A stretch of DNA of 64,000 nucleotides from Schmidtea polychroa. Its lineage: Eukaryota. The stretch is taken from positions 2,544,001 to 2,608,000 of the forward strand of contig CM097885.1 of NCBI GenBank assembly GCA_044892525.1, in the 5' to 3' direction. The position numbers were made by a program, and so were the translations under genes. Numbering within the stretch: position 1 is the first letter of the stretch; each line of letters opens with the position of its first letter. Positions 1 to 14,229 of this stretch are shown in pieces. The notes below the pieces were generated by a model, which saw only the letters and a program-made list of their open reading frames with translations, was not told the origin of the DNA and made no database searches.

Positions 1-3000
1 CTGCATATCTTCCCTATCTGATATCACTGCATATCTTCATTATCTGATATCACTGCCCATATCTTCCCTATCTGACATCACTGCCCATATCTTCTCTATC
101 TGATATCACTGCCCATATCTTCCCTATCTGATATCACTGCCCATATCTTCCCTATCTGATATCACTGTCCATATCTTCCCTATCTGATATCACTGCCCAC
201 ATCTTCCCTATCTGATATCACTGCATATCTTCCCTATCTGATATCACTAGCCTTACCTTCCCTATCTGATATCACTAGCCTTACCTTCCCTATCTGATCT
301 CGCTGCCCATATCTTCCCAATCTGATATCACTGCATATCTTCCCTATCTGATATCACTGCATATCTTCATTATCTGATATCACTGCCCACATCTTCCCTA
401 TCTGATATCACTGCATATCTTCCCTATCTGATATCACTAGCCTTACCTTCCCTATCTGATATCACTGCCCATATCTTCCCTATCTGATATCACTGTCCAT
501 ATCTTCCCTATCTGATATCACTGCATACCTTCCCTATCTGATATCACTGCCCATATCTTCCCTATCTGATATCACTGCCAATATCTTCCCTATCTGATAT
601 CGCTGCCCATATCTTCCCTATCTGACATCACTGCCCATACCTTCCCTATCTGATATCACTGCATATCTTCCCTATCTGATATCACTGCATATCTTCATTA
701 TCTGATATCACTGCCCATATCTTCCCTATCTGACATCACTGCCCATATCTTCCCTATCTGATATCACTGCCCATATCTTCCCTATCTGATATCACTGCCC
801 ATATCTTCCCTATCTGATATCACTGTCCATATCTTCCCTATCTGATATCACTGCATATCTTCCCTATCTGATATCACTGCATATCTTCATTATCTGATAT
901 CACTGCCCACATCTTCCCTATCTGATATCACTGCATATCTTCCCTATCTGATATCACTAGCCTTACCTTCCCTATCTGATATCACTGCCCATATCTTCCC
1001 TATCTGATATCACTGCCCATATCTTCCCTATCTGATATCGCTGCATATCTTCCCTATCTGATATCACTGCATATCTTCATTATCTGATATCACTGCCCAT
1101 ATCTTCCCTATCTGATATCACTGTCCATATCTTCCCTATCTGATATCACTGCCCACATCTTCCCTATCTGATATCACTGCATATCTTCCCTATCTGATAT
1201 CACTAGCCTTACCTTCCCTATCTGATATCGCTGCCCATATCTTCCCAATCTGATATCACTGCATATCTTCCCTATCTGATATCACTGCATATCTTCATTA
1301 TCTGATATCACTGCCCACATCTTCCCTATCTGATATCACTGCATATCTTCCCTATCTGATATCACTAGCCTTACCTTCCCTATCTGATATCACTGCCCAT
1401 ATCTTCCCTATCTGATATCACTGTCCATATCTTCCCTATCTGATATCACTGCATACCTTCCCTATCTGATATCACTGCCCATATCTTCCCTATCTGATAT
1501 CACTGCCCATATCTTCCCTATCTGATATCGCTGCCCATATCTTCCCTATCTGATATCACTGCATATCTTCCCTATCTGATATCGCTGCCCATATCTTCCC
1601 TATCTGATATCACTGCCAATATCTTCCCTATCTGATATCGCTGCCCATATCTTCCCTATTTGACATCACTGCCCATACCTTCCCTATCTGATATCACTGC
1701 ATATCTTCCCTATCTGATATCACTGCATATCTTCATTATCTGATATCACTGCCCATATCTTCCCTATCTGACATCACTGCCCATATCTTCCCTATCTGAT
1801 ATCACTGCCCATATCTTCCCTATCTGATATCACTGCCCATATCTTCCCTATCTGATATCACTGTCCATATCTTCCCTATCTGATATCACTGCATATCTTC
1901 CCTATCTGATATCACTGCATATCTTCATTATCTGATATCACTGCCCACATCTTCCCTATCTGATATCACTGCATATCTTCCCTATCTGATATCACTAGCC
2001 TTACCTTCCCTATCTGATATCACTGCCCATATCTTCCCTATCTGATATCACTGCCCATATCTTCCCTATCTGATATCGCTGCATATCTTCCCTATCTGAT
2101 ATCACTGCATATCTTCATTATCTGATATCACTGCCCATATCTTCCCTATCTGACATCACTGCCCATATCTTCCCTATCTGATATCACTGCCCATATCTTC
2201 CCTATCTGATATCACTGCCCATATCTTCCCTATCTGATATCACTGTCCATATCTTCCCTATCTGATATCACTGCCCACATCTTCCCTATCTGATATCACT
2301 GCATATCTTCCCTATCTGATATCACTGCATATCTTCATTATCTGATATCACTGCCCACATCTTCCCTATCTGATTTCACTGCATATCTTCCCTATCTGAT
2401 ATCACTAGCCTTACCTTCCCTATCTGATATCACTGCCCATATCTTCCCTATCTGATATCACTGCCCATATCTTCCCTATCTGATATCGCTGCTCATATCT
2501 TCCCAATCTGATATCACTGCCAATATCTTCCCTATCTGATATCGCTGCCCATATCTTCCCTATCTGACATCACTGCCCATACCTTCCCTATCTGATATCA
2601 CTGCCCATATCTTCCCTATCTGATATCACTGCCCATATCTTCACTATCTGATATCGCTGCCCATATCTTCCCTATCTGATATCACTGCATATCTTCTCTA
2701 TCTGATATCGCTGCCCATATCTTCCCTATCTGATATCGCTGCCCATATCTTCCCTATCTGACATCACTGCCCATACCTTCCCTATCTGATATCACCGCCC
2801 ATATCTTCCCTATCTGATATCACTGCCCACATCTTCCCTATCTGATATCACTGCATATCTTCCCTATCTGATATTACTAGCCTTACCTTCCCTATCTGAT
2901 ATCGCTGCCCATATCTTCCCAATCTGATATCACTGCCAATATCTTCCCTATCTGATATCGCTGCCCATATCTTCCCTATCTGATATCACTGCATATCTTC

Positions 3001-6000
3001 CCTATCTGATATCACTGCATATCTTCCCTATCTGATATCACTGCATATCTTCATTATCTGATATCACTGCCCACATCTTCCCTATCTGATATCACTGCAT
3101 ATCTTCCCTATCTGATATCGCTGCCCATATCTTCCCTATCTGATATCACTAGCCTTAACTTCCCTATCTGATATCACTGCCCATATCTTCCCTATCTGAT
3201 ATCACGGCATATCTTCCCTATCTGATATCACTGCATATCTTCATTATCTGATATCACTGCCCATATCTTCCCTATCTGATATCGCTGCCCATATCTTCCC
3301 TATCTGATATCACTGTCCATATCTTCCCTATCTGATATCACGGCATATCTTCCCTATCTGATATCACTGCATATCTTCATTATCTGATATCACTGCCCAT
3401 ATCTTCCCTATCTGATATCGCTGCCCATATCTTCCCTATCTGATATCGCTGCCCATATCTTCCCTATCTGATATCACTGCATATCTTCCCTATCTGATAT
3501 CACGGCATATCTTCCCTATCTGATATCACTGCATATCTTCATTATCCGATATCACTGCCCATATCTTCCCTATCTGATATCGCTGCCCATATCTTCCCTA
3601 TCTGATATCGCTGCCCATATCTTCCCTATCTGATATCACTGCATATCTTCCCTATCTGATATCACTGCATATCTTCCCTATCTGATATCACTGCATATCT
3701 TCATTATCTGATATCACTGCCCATATCTTCCCTATCTGACATCACTGCCCATATCTTCTCTATCTGATATCACTGCCCATATCTTCCCTATCTGATATCA
3801 CTGCCCATATCTTCCCTATCTGATATCACTGTCCATATCTTCCCTATCTGATATCACTGCCCACATCTTCCCTATCTGATATCACTGCATATCTTCCCTA
3901 TCTGATATCACTAGCCTTACCTTCCCTATCTGATATCACTAGCCTTACCTTCCCTATCTGATATCACTGCATATCTTCCCTATCTGATATCACTGCATAT
4001 CTTCATTATCTGATATCACTGCCCATATCTTCCCTATCTGATATCGCTGCCCATATCTTCCCTATCTGATATCACTGTCCATATCTTCCCTATCTGATAT
4101 CACTGCATATCTTCCCTATCTGATATCGCTGCCCATATCTTCGCTATCTGATATCACTGCATATCTTCATTATCTGATATCACTGCCCATATCTTCCCTA
4201 TCTGACATCACTGCCCATATCTTCCCTATCTGATATCACTGCATATCTTCCCTATCTGATATCACTAGCCTTACCTTCCCTATCTGATATCACTGCCCAT
4301 ATCTTCCCTATCTGATATCACTGTCCATATCTTCCCTATCTGATATCACTGCATATCTTCCCTATCTGATATCACTGCATATCTTCATTATCTGATATCA
4401 CTGCCCATATCTTCCCTATCTGATATCGCTGCCCATATCTTCCCTATCTGATATCACTGTCCATATCTTCCCTATCTGATATCACTGCATATCTTCCCTA
4501 TCTGATATCACTGCATATCTTCCCTATCTGATATCACTGCCCATATCTTCCCTATCTGATATCACTGCATATCTTCCCTATCTGATATCACTGCATATCT
4601 TCATTATCTGATATCACTGCCCATATCTTCCCTATCTGACATCACTGCCCATATCTTCCCTATCTGATATCACTGCCCATATCTTCCCTATCTGATATCA
4701 CTGCCCATATCTTCCCTATCTGATATCACTGTCCATATCTTACCTATCTGATATCACTGCCCACATCTTCCCTATCTGATATCACTGCATATCTTCCCTA
4801 TCTGATATCACTGCATATCTTCATTATCTGATATCACTGCCCACATCTTCCCTATCTGATTTCACTGCATATCTTCCCTATCTGATATCACTAGCCTTAC
4901 CTTCCCTATCTGATATCACTGCCCATATCTTCCCTATCTGATATCACTGCCCATATCTTCCCTATCTGATATCGCTGCTCATATCTTCCCAATCTGATAT
5001 CACTGCCAATATCTTCCCTATCTGATATCGCTGCCCATATCTTCCCTATCTGACATCACTGCCCATACCTTCCCTATCTGATATCACTGCCCATATCTTC
5101 CCTATCTGATATCACTGCCCATATCTTCACTATCTGATATCGCTGCCCATATCTTCCCTATCTGATATCACTGCATATCTTCTCTATCTGATATCGCTGC
5201 CCATATCTTCCCTATCTGATATCACTGCCAATATCTTCCCTATCTGATATCGCTGCCCATATCTTCCCTATCTGACATCACTGCCCATACCTTCCCTATC
5301 TGATATCACCGCCCATATCTTCCCTATCTGATATCACTGCCCACATCTTCCCTATCTGATATCACTGCATATCTTCCCTATCTGATATCACTAGCCTTAC
5401 CTTCCCTATCTGATATCGCTGCCCATATCTTCCCAATCTGATATCACTGCCAATATCTTCCCTATCTGATATCGCTGCCCATATCTTTCCTATCTGATAT
5501 CACTGCATATCTTCCCTATCTGATATCACTGCATATCTTCCCTATCTGATATCACTGCATATCTTCATTATCTGATATCACTGCCCACATCTTCCCTATC
5601 TGATATCACTGCATATCTTCCCTATCTGATATCGCTGCCCATATCTTCCCTATCTGATATCACTAGCCTTAACTTCCCTATCTGATATCACTGCCCATAT
5701 CTTCCCTATCTGATATCACGGCATATCTTCCCTATCTGATATCACTGCATATCTTCATTATCTGATATCACTGCCCATATCTTCCCTATCTGATATCGCT
5801 GCCCATATCTTCCCTATCTGATATCACTGTCCATATCTTCCCTATCTGATATCACGGCATATCTTCCCTATCTGATATCACTGCATATCTTCATTATCTG
5901 ATATCACTGCCCATATCTTCCCTATCTGATATCGCTGCCCATATCTTCCCTATCTGATATCGCTGCCCATATCTTCCCTATCTGATATCACTGCATATCT

Positions 6001-6016
6001 TCCCTATCTGATATCA
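1..6016 (+). repeat. 6,016-bp HOR, copy 1 (phase set arbitrarily at window start)
   Basis: Rare markers recur at exactly +6016: TGATCTCG 295/6311/12327; the TGAC of TATTTGAC 1661/7677; ATTATCCGAT 3541/9557. Confidence 0.93.
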
Positions 6017-9000
6017 CTGCATATCTTCCCTATCTGATATCACTGCATATCTTCATTATCTGATATCACTGCCCATATCTTCCCTATCTGACATCACTGC
6101 CCATATCTTCTCTATCTGATATCACTGCCCATATCTTCCCTATCTGATATCACTGCCCATATCTTCCCTATCTGATATCACTGTCCATATCTTCCCTATC
6201 TGATATCACTGCCCACATCTTCCCTATCTGATATCACTGCATATCTTCCCTATCTGATATCACTAGCCTTACCTTCCCTATCTGATATCACTAGCCTTAC
6301 CTTCCCTATCTGATCTCGCTGCCCATATCTTCCCAATCTGATATCACTGCATAACTTCCCTATCTGATATCACTGCATATCTTCATTATCTGATATCACT
6401 GCCCACATCTTCCCTATCTGATATCACTGCATATCTTCCCTATCTGATATCACTAGCCTTACCTTCCCTATCTGATATCACTGCCCATATCTTCCCTATC
6501 TGATATCACTGTCCATATCTTCCCTATCTGATATCACTGCATACCTTCCCTATCTGATATCACTGCCCATATCTTCCCTATCTGATATCACTGCCAATAT
6601 CTTCCCTATCTGATATCGCTGCCCATATCTTCCCTATCTGACATCACTGCCCATACCTTCCCTATCTGATATCACTGCATATCTTCCCTATCTAATATCA
6701 CTGCATATCTTCATTATCTGATATCACTGCCCATATCTTCCCTATCTGACATCACTGCCCATATCTTCCCTATCTGATATCACTGCCCATATCTTCCCTA
6801 TCTGATATCACTGCCCATATCTTCCCTATCTGATATCACTGTCCATATCTTCCCTATCTGATATCACTGCATATCTTCCCTATCTGATATCACTGCATAT
6901 CTTCATTATCTGATATCACTGCCCACATCTTCCCTATCTGATATCACTGCATATCTTCCCTATCTGATATCACTAGCCTTACCTTCCCTATCTGATATCA
7001 CTGCCCATATCTTCCCTATCTGATATCACTGCCCATATCTTCCCTATCTGATATCGCTGCATATCTTCCCTATCTGATATCACTGCATATCTTCATTATC
7101 TGATATCACTGCCCATATCTTCCCTATCTGATATCACTGTCCATATCTTCCCTATCTGATATCACTGCCCACATCTTCCCTATCTGATATCACTGCATAT
7201 CTTCCCTATCTGATATCACTAGCCTTACCTTCCCTATCTGATATCGCTGCCCATATCTTCCCAATCTGATATCACTGCATATCTTCCCTATCTGATATCA
7301 CTGCATATCTTCATTATCTGATATCACTGCCCACATCTTCCCTATCTGATATCACTGCATATCTTCCCTATCTGATATCACTAGCCTTACCTTCCCTATC
7401 TGATATCACTGCCCATATCTTCCCTATCTGATATCACTGTCCATATCTTCCCTATCTGATATCACTGCATACCTTCCCTATCTGATATCACTGCCCATAT
7501 CTTCCCTATCTGATATCACTGCCCATATCTTCCCTATCTGATATCGCTGCCCATATCTTCCCTATCTGATATCACTGCATATCTTCCCTATCTGATATCG
7601 CTGCCCATATCTTCCCTATCTGATATCACTGCCAATATCTTCCCTATCTGATATCGCTGCCCATATCTTCCCTATTTGACATCACTGCCCATACCTTCCC
7701 TATCTGATATCACTGCATATCTTCCCTATCTGATATCACTGCATATCTTCATTATCTGATATCACTGCCCATATCTTCCCTATCTGACATCACTGCCCAT
7801 ATCTTCCCTATCTGATATCACTGCCCATATCTTCCCTATCTGATATCACTGCCCATATCTTCCCTATCTGATATCACTGTCCATATCTTCCCTATCTGAT
7901 ATCACTGCATATCTTCCCTATCTGATATCACTGCATATCTTCATTATCTGATATCACTGCCCACATCTTCCCTATCTGATATCACTGCATATCTTCCCTA
8001 TCTGATATCACTAGCCTTACCTTCCCTATCTGATATCACTGCCCATATCTTCCCTATCTGATATCACTGCCCATATCTTCCCTATCTGATATCGCTGCAT
8101 ATCTTCCCTATCTGATATCACTGCATATCTTCATTATCTGATATCACTGCCCATATCTTCCCTATCTGACATCACTGCCCATATCTTCCCTATCTGATAT
8201 CACTGCCCATATCTTCCCTATCTGATATCACTGCCCATATCTTCCCTATCTGATATCACTGTCCATATCTTCCCTATCTGATATCACTGCCCACATCTTC
8301 CCTATCTGATATCACTGCATATCTTCCCTATCTGATATCACTGCATATCTTCATTATCTGATATCACTGCCCACATCTTCCCTATCTGATTTCACTGCAT
8401 ATCTTCCCTATCTGATATCACTAGCCTTACCTTCCCTATCTGATATCACTGCCCATATCTTCCCTATCTGATATCACTGCCCATATCTTCCCTATCTGAT
8501 ATCGCTGCTCATATCTTCCCAATCTGATATCACTGCCAATATCTTCCCTATCTGTTATCGCTGCCCATATCTTCCCTATCTGACATCACTGCCCATACCT
8601 TCCCTATCTGATATCACTGCCCATATCTTCCCTATCTGATATCACTGCCCATATCTTCACTATCTGATATCGCTGCCCATATCTTCCCTATCTGATATCA
8701 CTGCATATCTTCTCTATCTGATATCGCTGCCCATATCTTCCCTATCTGATATCGCTGCCCATATCTTCCCTATCTGACATCACTGCCCATACCTTCCCTA
8801 TCTGATATCACCGCCCATATCTTCCCTATCTGATATCACTGCCCACATCTTCCCTATCTGATATCACTGCATATCTTCCCTATCTGATATTACTAGCCTT
8901 ACCTTCCCTATCTGATATCGCTGCCCATATCTTCCCAATCTGATATCACTGCCAATATCTTCCCTATCTGATATCGCTGCCCATATCTTCCCTATCTGAT

Positions 9001-12000
9001 ATCACTGCATATCTTCCCTATCTGATATCACTGCATATCTTCCCTATCTGATATCACTGCATATCTTCATTATCTGATATCACTGCCCACATCTTCCCTA
9101 TCTGATATCACTGCATATCTTCCCTATCTGATATCGCTGCCCATATCTTCCCTATCTGATATCACTAGCCTTAACTTCCCTATCTGATATCACTGCCCAT
9201 ATCTTCCCTATCTGATATCACGGCATATCTTCCCTATCTGATATCACTGCATATCTTCATTATCTGATATCACTGCCCATATCTTCCCTATCTGATATCG
9301 CTGCCCATATCTTCCCTATCTGATATCACTGTCCATATCTTCCCTATCTGATATCACGGCATATCTTCCCTATCTGATATCACTGCATATCTTCATTATC
9401 TGATATCACTGCCCATATCTTCCCTATCTGATATCGCTGCCCATATCTTCCCTATCTGATATCGCTGCCCATATCTTCCCTATCTGATATCACTGCATAT
9501 CTTCCCTATCTGATATCACGGCATATCTTCCCTATCTGATATCACTGCATATCTTCATTATCCGATATCACTGCCCATATCTTCCCTATCTGATATCGCT
9601 GCCCATATCTTCCCTATCTGATATCGCTGCCCATATCTTCCCTATCTGATATCACTGCATATCTTCCCTATCTGATATCACTGCATATCTTCCCTATCTG
9701 ATATCACTGCATATCTTCATTATCTGATATCACTGCCCATATCTTCCCTATCTGACATCACTGCCCATATCTTCTCTATCTGATATCACTGCCCATATCT
9801 TCCCTATCTGATATCACTGCCCATATCTTCCCTATCTGATATCACTGTCCATATCTTCCCTATCTGATATCACTGCCCACATCTTCCCTATCTGATATCA
9901 CTGCATATCTTCCCTATCTGATATCACTAGCCTTACCTTCCCTATCTGATATCACTAGCCTTACCTTCCCTATCTGATATCACTGCATATCTTCCCTATC
10001 TGATATCACTGCATATCTTCATTATCTGATATCACTGCCCATATCTTCCCTATCTGATATCGCTGCCCATATCTTCCCTATCTGATATCACTGTCCATAT
10101 CTTCCCTATCTGATATCACTGCATATCTTCCCTATCTGATATCGCTGCCCATATCTTCCCTATCTGATATCACTGCATATCTTCATTATCTGATATCACT
10201 GCCCATATCTTCCCTATCTGACATCACTGCCCATATCTTCCCTATCTGATATCACTGCATATCTTCCCTATCTGATATCACTAGCCTTACCTTCCCTATC
10301 TGATATCACTGCCCATATCTTCCCTATCTGATATCACTGTCCATATCTTCCCTATCTGATATCACTGCATATCTTCCCTATCTGATATCACTGCATATCT
10401 TCATTATCTGATATCACTGCCCATATCTTCCCTATCTGATATCGCTGCCCATATCTTCCCTATCTGATATCACTGTCCATATCTTCCCTATCTGATATCA
10501 CTGCATATCTTCCCTATCTGATATCACTGCATATCTTCCCTATCTGATATCACTGCCCATATCTTCCCTATCTGATATCACTGCATATCTTCCCTATCTG
10601 ATATCACTGCATATCTTCATTATCTAATATCACTGCCCATATCTTCCCTATCTGACATCACTGCCCATATCTTCCCTATCTGATATCACTGCCCATATCT
10701 TCCCTATCTGATATCACTGCCCATATCTTCCCTATCTGATATCACTGTCCATATCTTCCCTATCTGATATCACTGCCCACATCTTCCCTATCTGATATCA
10801 CTGCATATCTTCCCTATCTGATATCACTGCATATCTTCATTATCTGATATCACTGCCCACATCTTCCCTATCTGATTTCACTGCATATCTTCCCTATCTG
10901 ATATCACTAGCCTTACCTTCCCTATCTGATATCACTGCCCATATCTTCCCTATCTGATATCACTGCCCATATCTTCCCTATCTGATATCGCTGCTCATAT
11001 CTTCCCAATCTGATATCACTGCCAATATCTTCCCTATCTGATATCGCTGCCCATATCTTCCCTATCTGACATCACTGCCCATACCTTCCCTATCTGATAT
11101 CACTGCCCATATCTTCCCTATCTGATATCACTGCCCATATCTTCACTATCTGATATCGCTGCCCATATCTTCCCTATCTGATATCACTGCATATCTTCTC
11201 TATCTGATATCGCTGCCCATATCTTCCCTATCTGATATCACTGCCAATATCTTCCCTATCTGATATCGCTGCCCATATCTTCCCTATCTGACATCACTGC
11301 CCATACCTTCCCTATCTGATATCACCGCCCATATCTTCCCTATCTGATATCACTGCCCACATCTTCCCTATCTGATATCACTGCATATCTTCCCTATCTG
11401 ATATCACTAGCCTTACCTTCCCTATCTGATATCATTGCCCATATCTTCCTAATCTGATATCACTGCCAATATCTTCCCTATCTGATATCGCTGCCCATAT
11501 CTTTCCTATCTGATATCACTGCATATCTTCCCTATCTGATATCACTGCATATCTTCCCTATCTGATATCACTGCATATCTTCATTATCTGATATCACTGC
11601 CCACATCTTCCCTATCTGATATCACTGCATATCTTCCCTATCTGATATCGCTGCCCATATCTTCCCTATCTGATATCACTAGCCTTAACTTCCCTATCTG
11701 ATATCACTGCCCATATCTTCCCTATCTGATATCACGGCATATCTTCCCTATCTGATATCACTGCATATCTTCATTATCTGATATCACTGCCCATATCTTC
11801 CCTATCTGATATCGCTGCCCATATCTTCCCTATCTGATATCACTGTCCATATCTTCCCTATCTGATATCACGGCATATCTTCCCTATCTGATATCACTGC
11901 ATATCTTCATTATCTGATATCACTGCCCATATCTTCCCTATCTGATATCGCTGCCCATATCTTCCCTATCTGATATCGCTGCCCATATCTTCCCTATCTG

Positions 12001-12032
12001 ATATCACTGCATATCTTCCCTATCTGATATCA
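6017..12032 (+). repeat. 6,016-bp HOR, copy 2
   Basis: Same marker order as copy 1. Only about ten substitutions were noticed by eye (e.g. ATAACTT ~6351, TCTAATA ~6691, TGTTATC ~8553). Confidence 0.93.
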
Positions 12033-14130
12033 CTGCATATCTTCCCTATCTGATATCACTGCATATCTTCATTATCTGATATCACTGCCCATATCTTCCC
12101 TATCTGACATCACTGCCCATATCTTCTCTATCTGATATCACTGCCCATATCTTCCCTATCTGATATCACTGCCCATATCTTCCCTATCTGATATCACTGT
12201 CCATATCTTCCCTATCTGATATCACTGCCCACATCTTCCCTATCTGATATCACTGCATATCTTCCCTATCTGATATCACTAGCCTTACCTTCCCTATCTG
12301 ATATCACTAGCCTTACCTTCCCTATCTGATCTCGCTGCCCATATCTTCCCAATCTGATATCACTGCATATCTTCCCTATCTGATATCACTGCATATCTTC
12401 CCTATCTGATATCACTAGCCTTACCTTCCCTATCTGATATCACTAGCCTTACCTTCCCTATCTGATCTCGCTGCCCATATCTTCCCAATCTGATATCACT
12501 GCATATCTTCCCTATCTGATATCACTGTCCATATCTTCCCTATCTGATATCACTGCATACCTTCCCTATCTGATATCACTGCCCATATCTTCCCTATCTG
12601 ATATCACTGCCAATATCTTCCCTATCTGATATCGCTGCCCATATCTTCCCTATCTGACATCACTGCCCATACCTTCCCTATCTGATATCACTGCATATCT
12701 TCCCTATCTGATATCACTGCATATCTTCATTATCTGATATCACTGCCCATATCTTCCCTATCTGACATCACTGCCCATATCTTCCCTATCTGATATCACT
12801 GCCCATATCTTCCCTATCTGATATCACTGCCCATATCTTCCCTATCTGATATCACTGTCCATATCTTCCCTATCTGATATCACTGCATATCTTCCCTATC
12901 TGATATCACTGCATATCTTCATTATCTGATATCACTGCCCACATCTTCCCTATCTGATATCACTGCATATCTTCCCTATCTGATATCACTAGCCTTACCT
13001 TCCCTATCTGATATCACTGCCCATATCTTCCCTATCTGATATCACTGCCCATATCTTCCCTATCTGATATCGCTGCATATCTTCCCTATCTGATATCACT
13101 GCATATCTTCATTATCTGATATCACTGCCCATATCTTCCCTATCTGATATCACTGTCCATATCTTCCCTATCTGATATCACTGCCCACATCTTCCCTATC
13201 TGATATCACTGCATATCTTCCCTATCTGATATCACTAGCCTTACCTTCCCTATCTGATATCGCTGCCCATATCTTCCCAATCTGATATCACTGCATATCT
13301 TCCCTATCTGATATCACTGCATATCTTCATTATCTGATATCACTGCCCACATCTTCCCTATCTGATATCACTGCATATCTTCCCTATCTGATATCACTAG
13401 CCTTACCTTCCCTATCTGATATCACTGCCCATATCTTCCCTATCTGATATCACTGCATACCTTCCCTATCTGATATCACTGCCCATATCTTCCCTATCTG
13501 ATATCACTGCCCATATCTTCCCTATCTGATATCGCTGCCCATATCTTCCCTATCTGATATCACTGCATATCTTCCCTATCTGATATCGCTGCCCATATCT
13601 TCCCTATCTGATATCACTGCCAATATCTTCCCTATCTGATATCGCTGCCCATATCTTCCCTATTTGACATCACTGCCCATACCTTCCCTATCTGATATCA
13701 CTGCATATCTTCCCTATCTGATATCACTGCATATCTTCATTATCTGATATCACTGCCCATATCTTCCCTATCTGACATCACTGCCCATATCTTCCCTATC
13801 TGATATCACTGCCCATATCTTCCCTATCTGATATCACTGCCCATATCTTCCCTATCTGATATCACTGTCCATATCTTCCCTATCTGATATCACTGCATAT
13901 CTTCCCTATCTGATATCACTGCATATCTTCATTATCTGATATCACTGCCCACATCTTCCCTATCTGATATCACTGCATATCTTCCCTATCTGATATCACT
14001 AGCCTTACCTTCCCTATCTGATATCACTGCCCATATCTTCCCTATCTGATATCACTGCCCATATCTTCCCTATCTGATATCACTGCATATCTTCCCTATC
14101 TGATATCACTGCATATCTTCATTATCTGAT
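12033..14130 (+). repeat. 6,016-bp HOR, partial copy 3 (with a 136-bp replacement and a 28-bp deletion)
   Basis: TGATCTCG at 12327 (+6016) and CTGCATACC at 12553 (521 + 2x6016). The TGAC of TATTTGAC at 13665 is +5988, i.e. one monomer lost. Similarity breaks down at about 14.1-14.2 kb. Confidence 0.85.
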
Positions 14131-14229
14131 ATCACTGCCTATATCTTCCCTATCTGACATCACTGCCCATATCTTCCCTATCTGATATCACTGCCCATAT
14201 CTTCCCTATCTGATATCGCTGCCCATATC

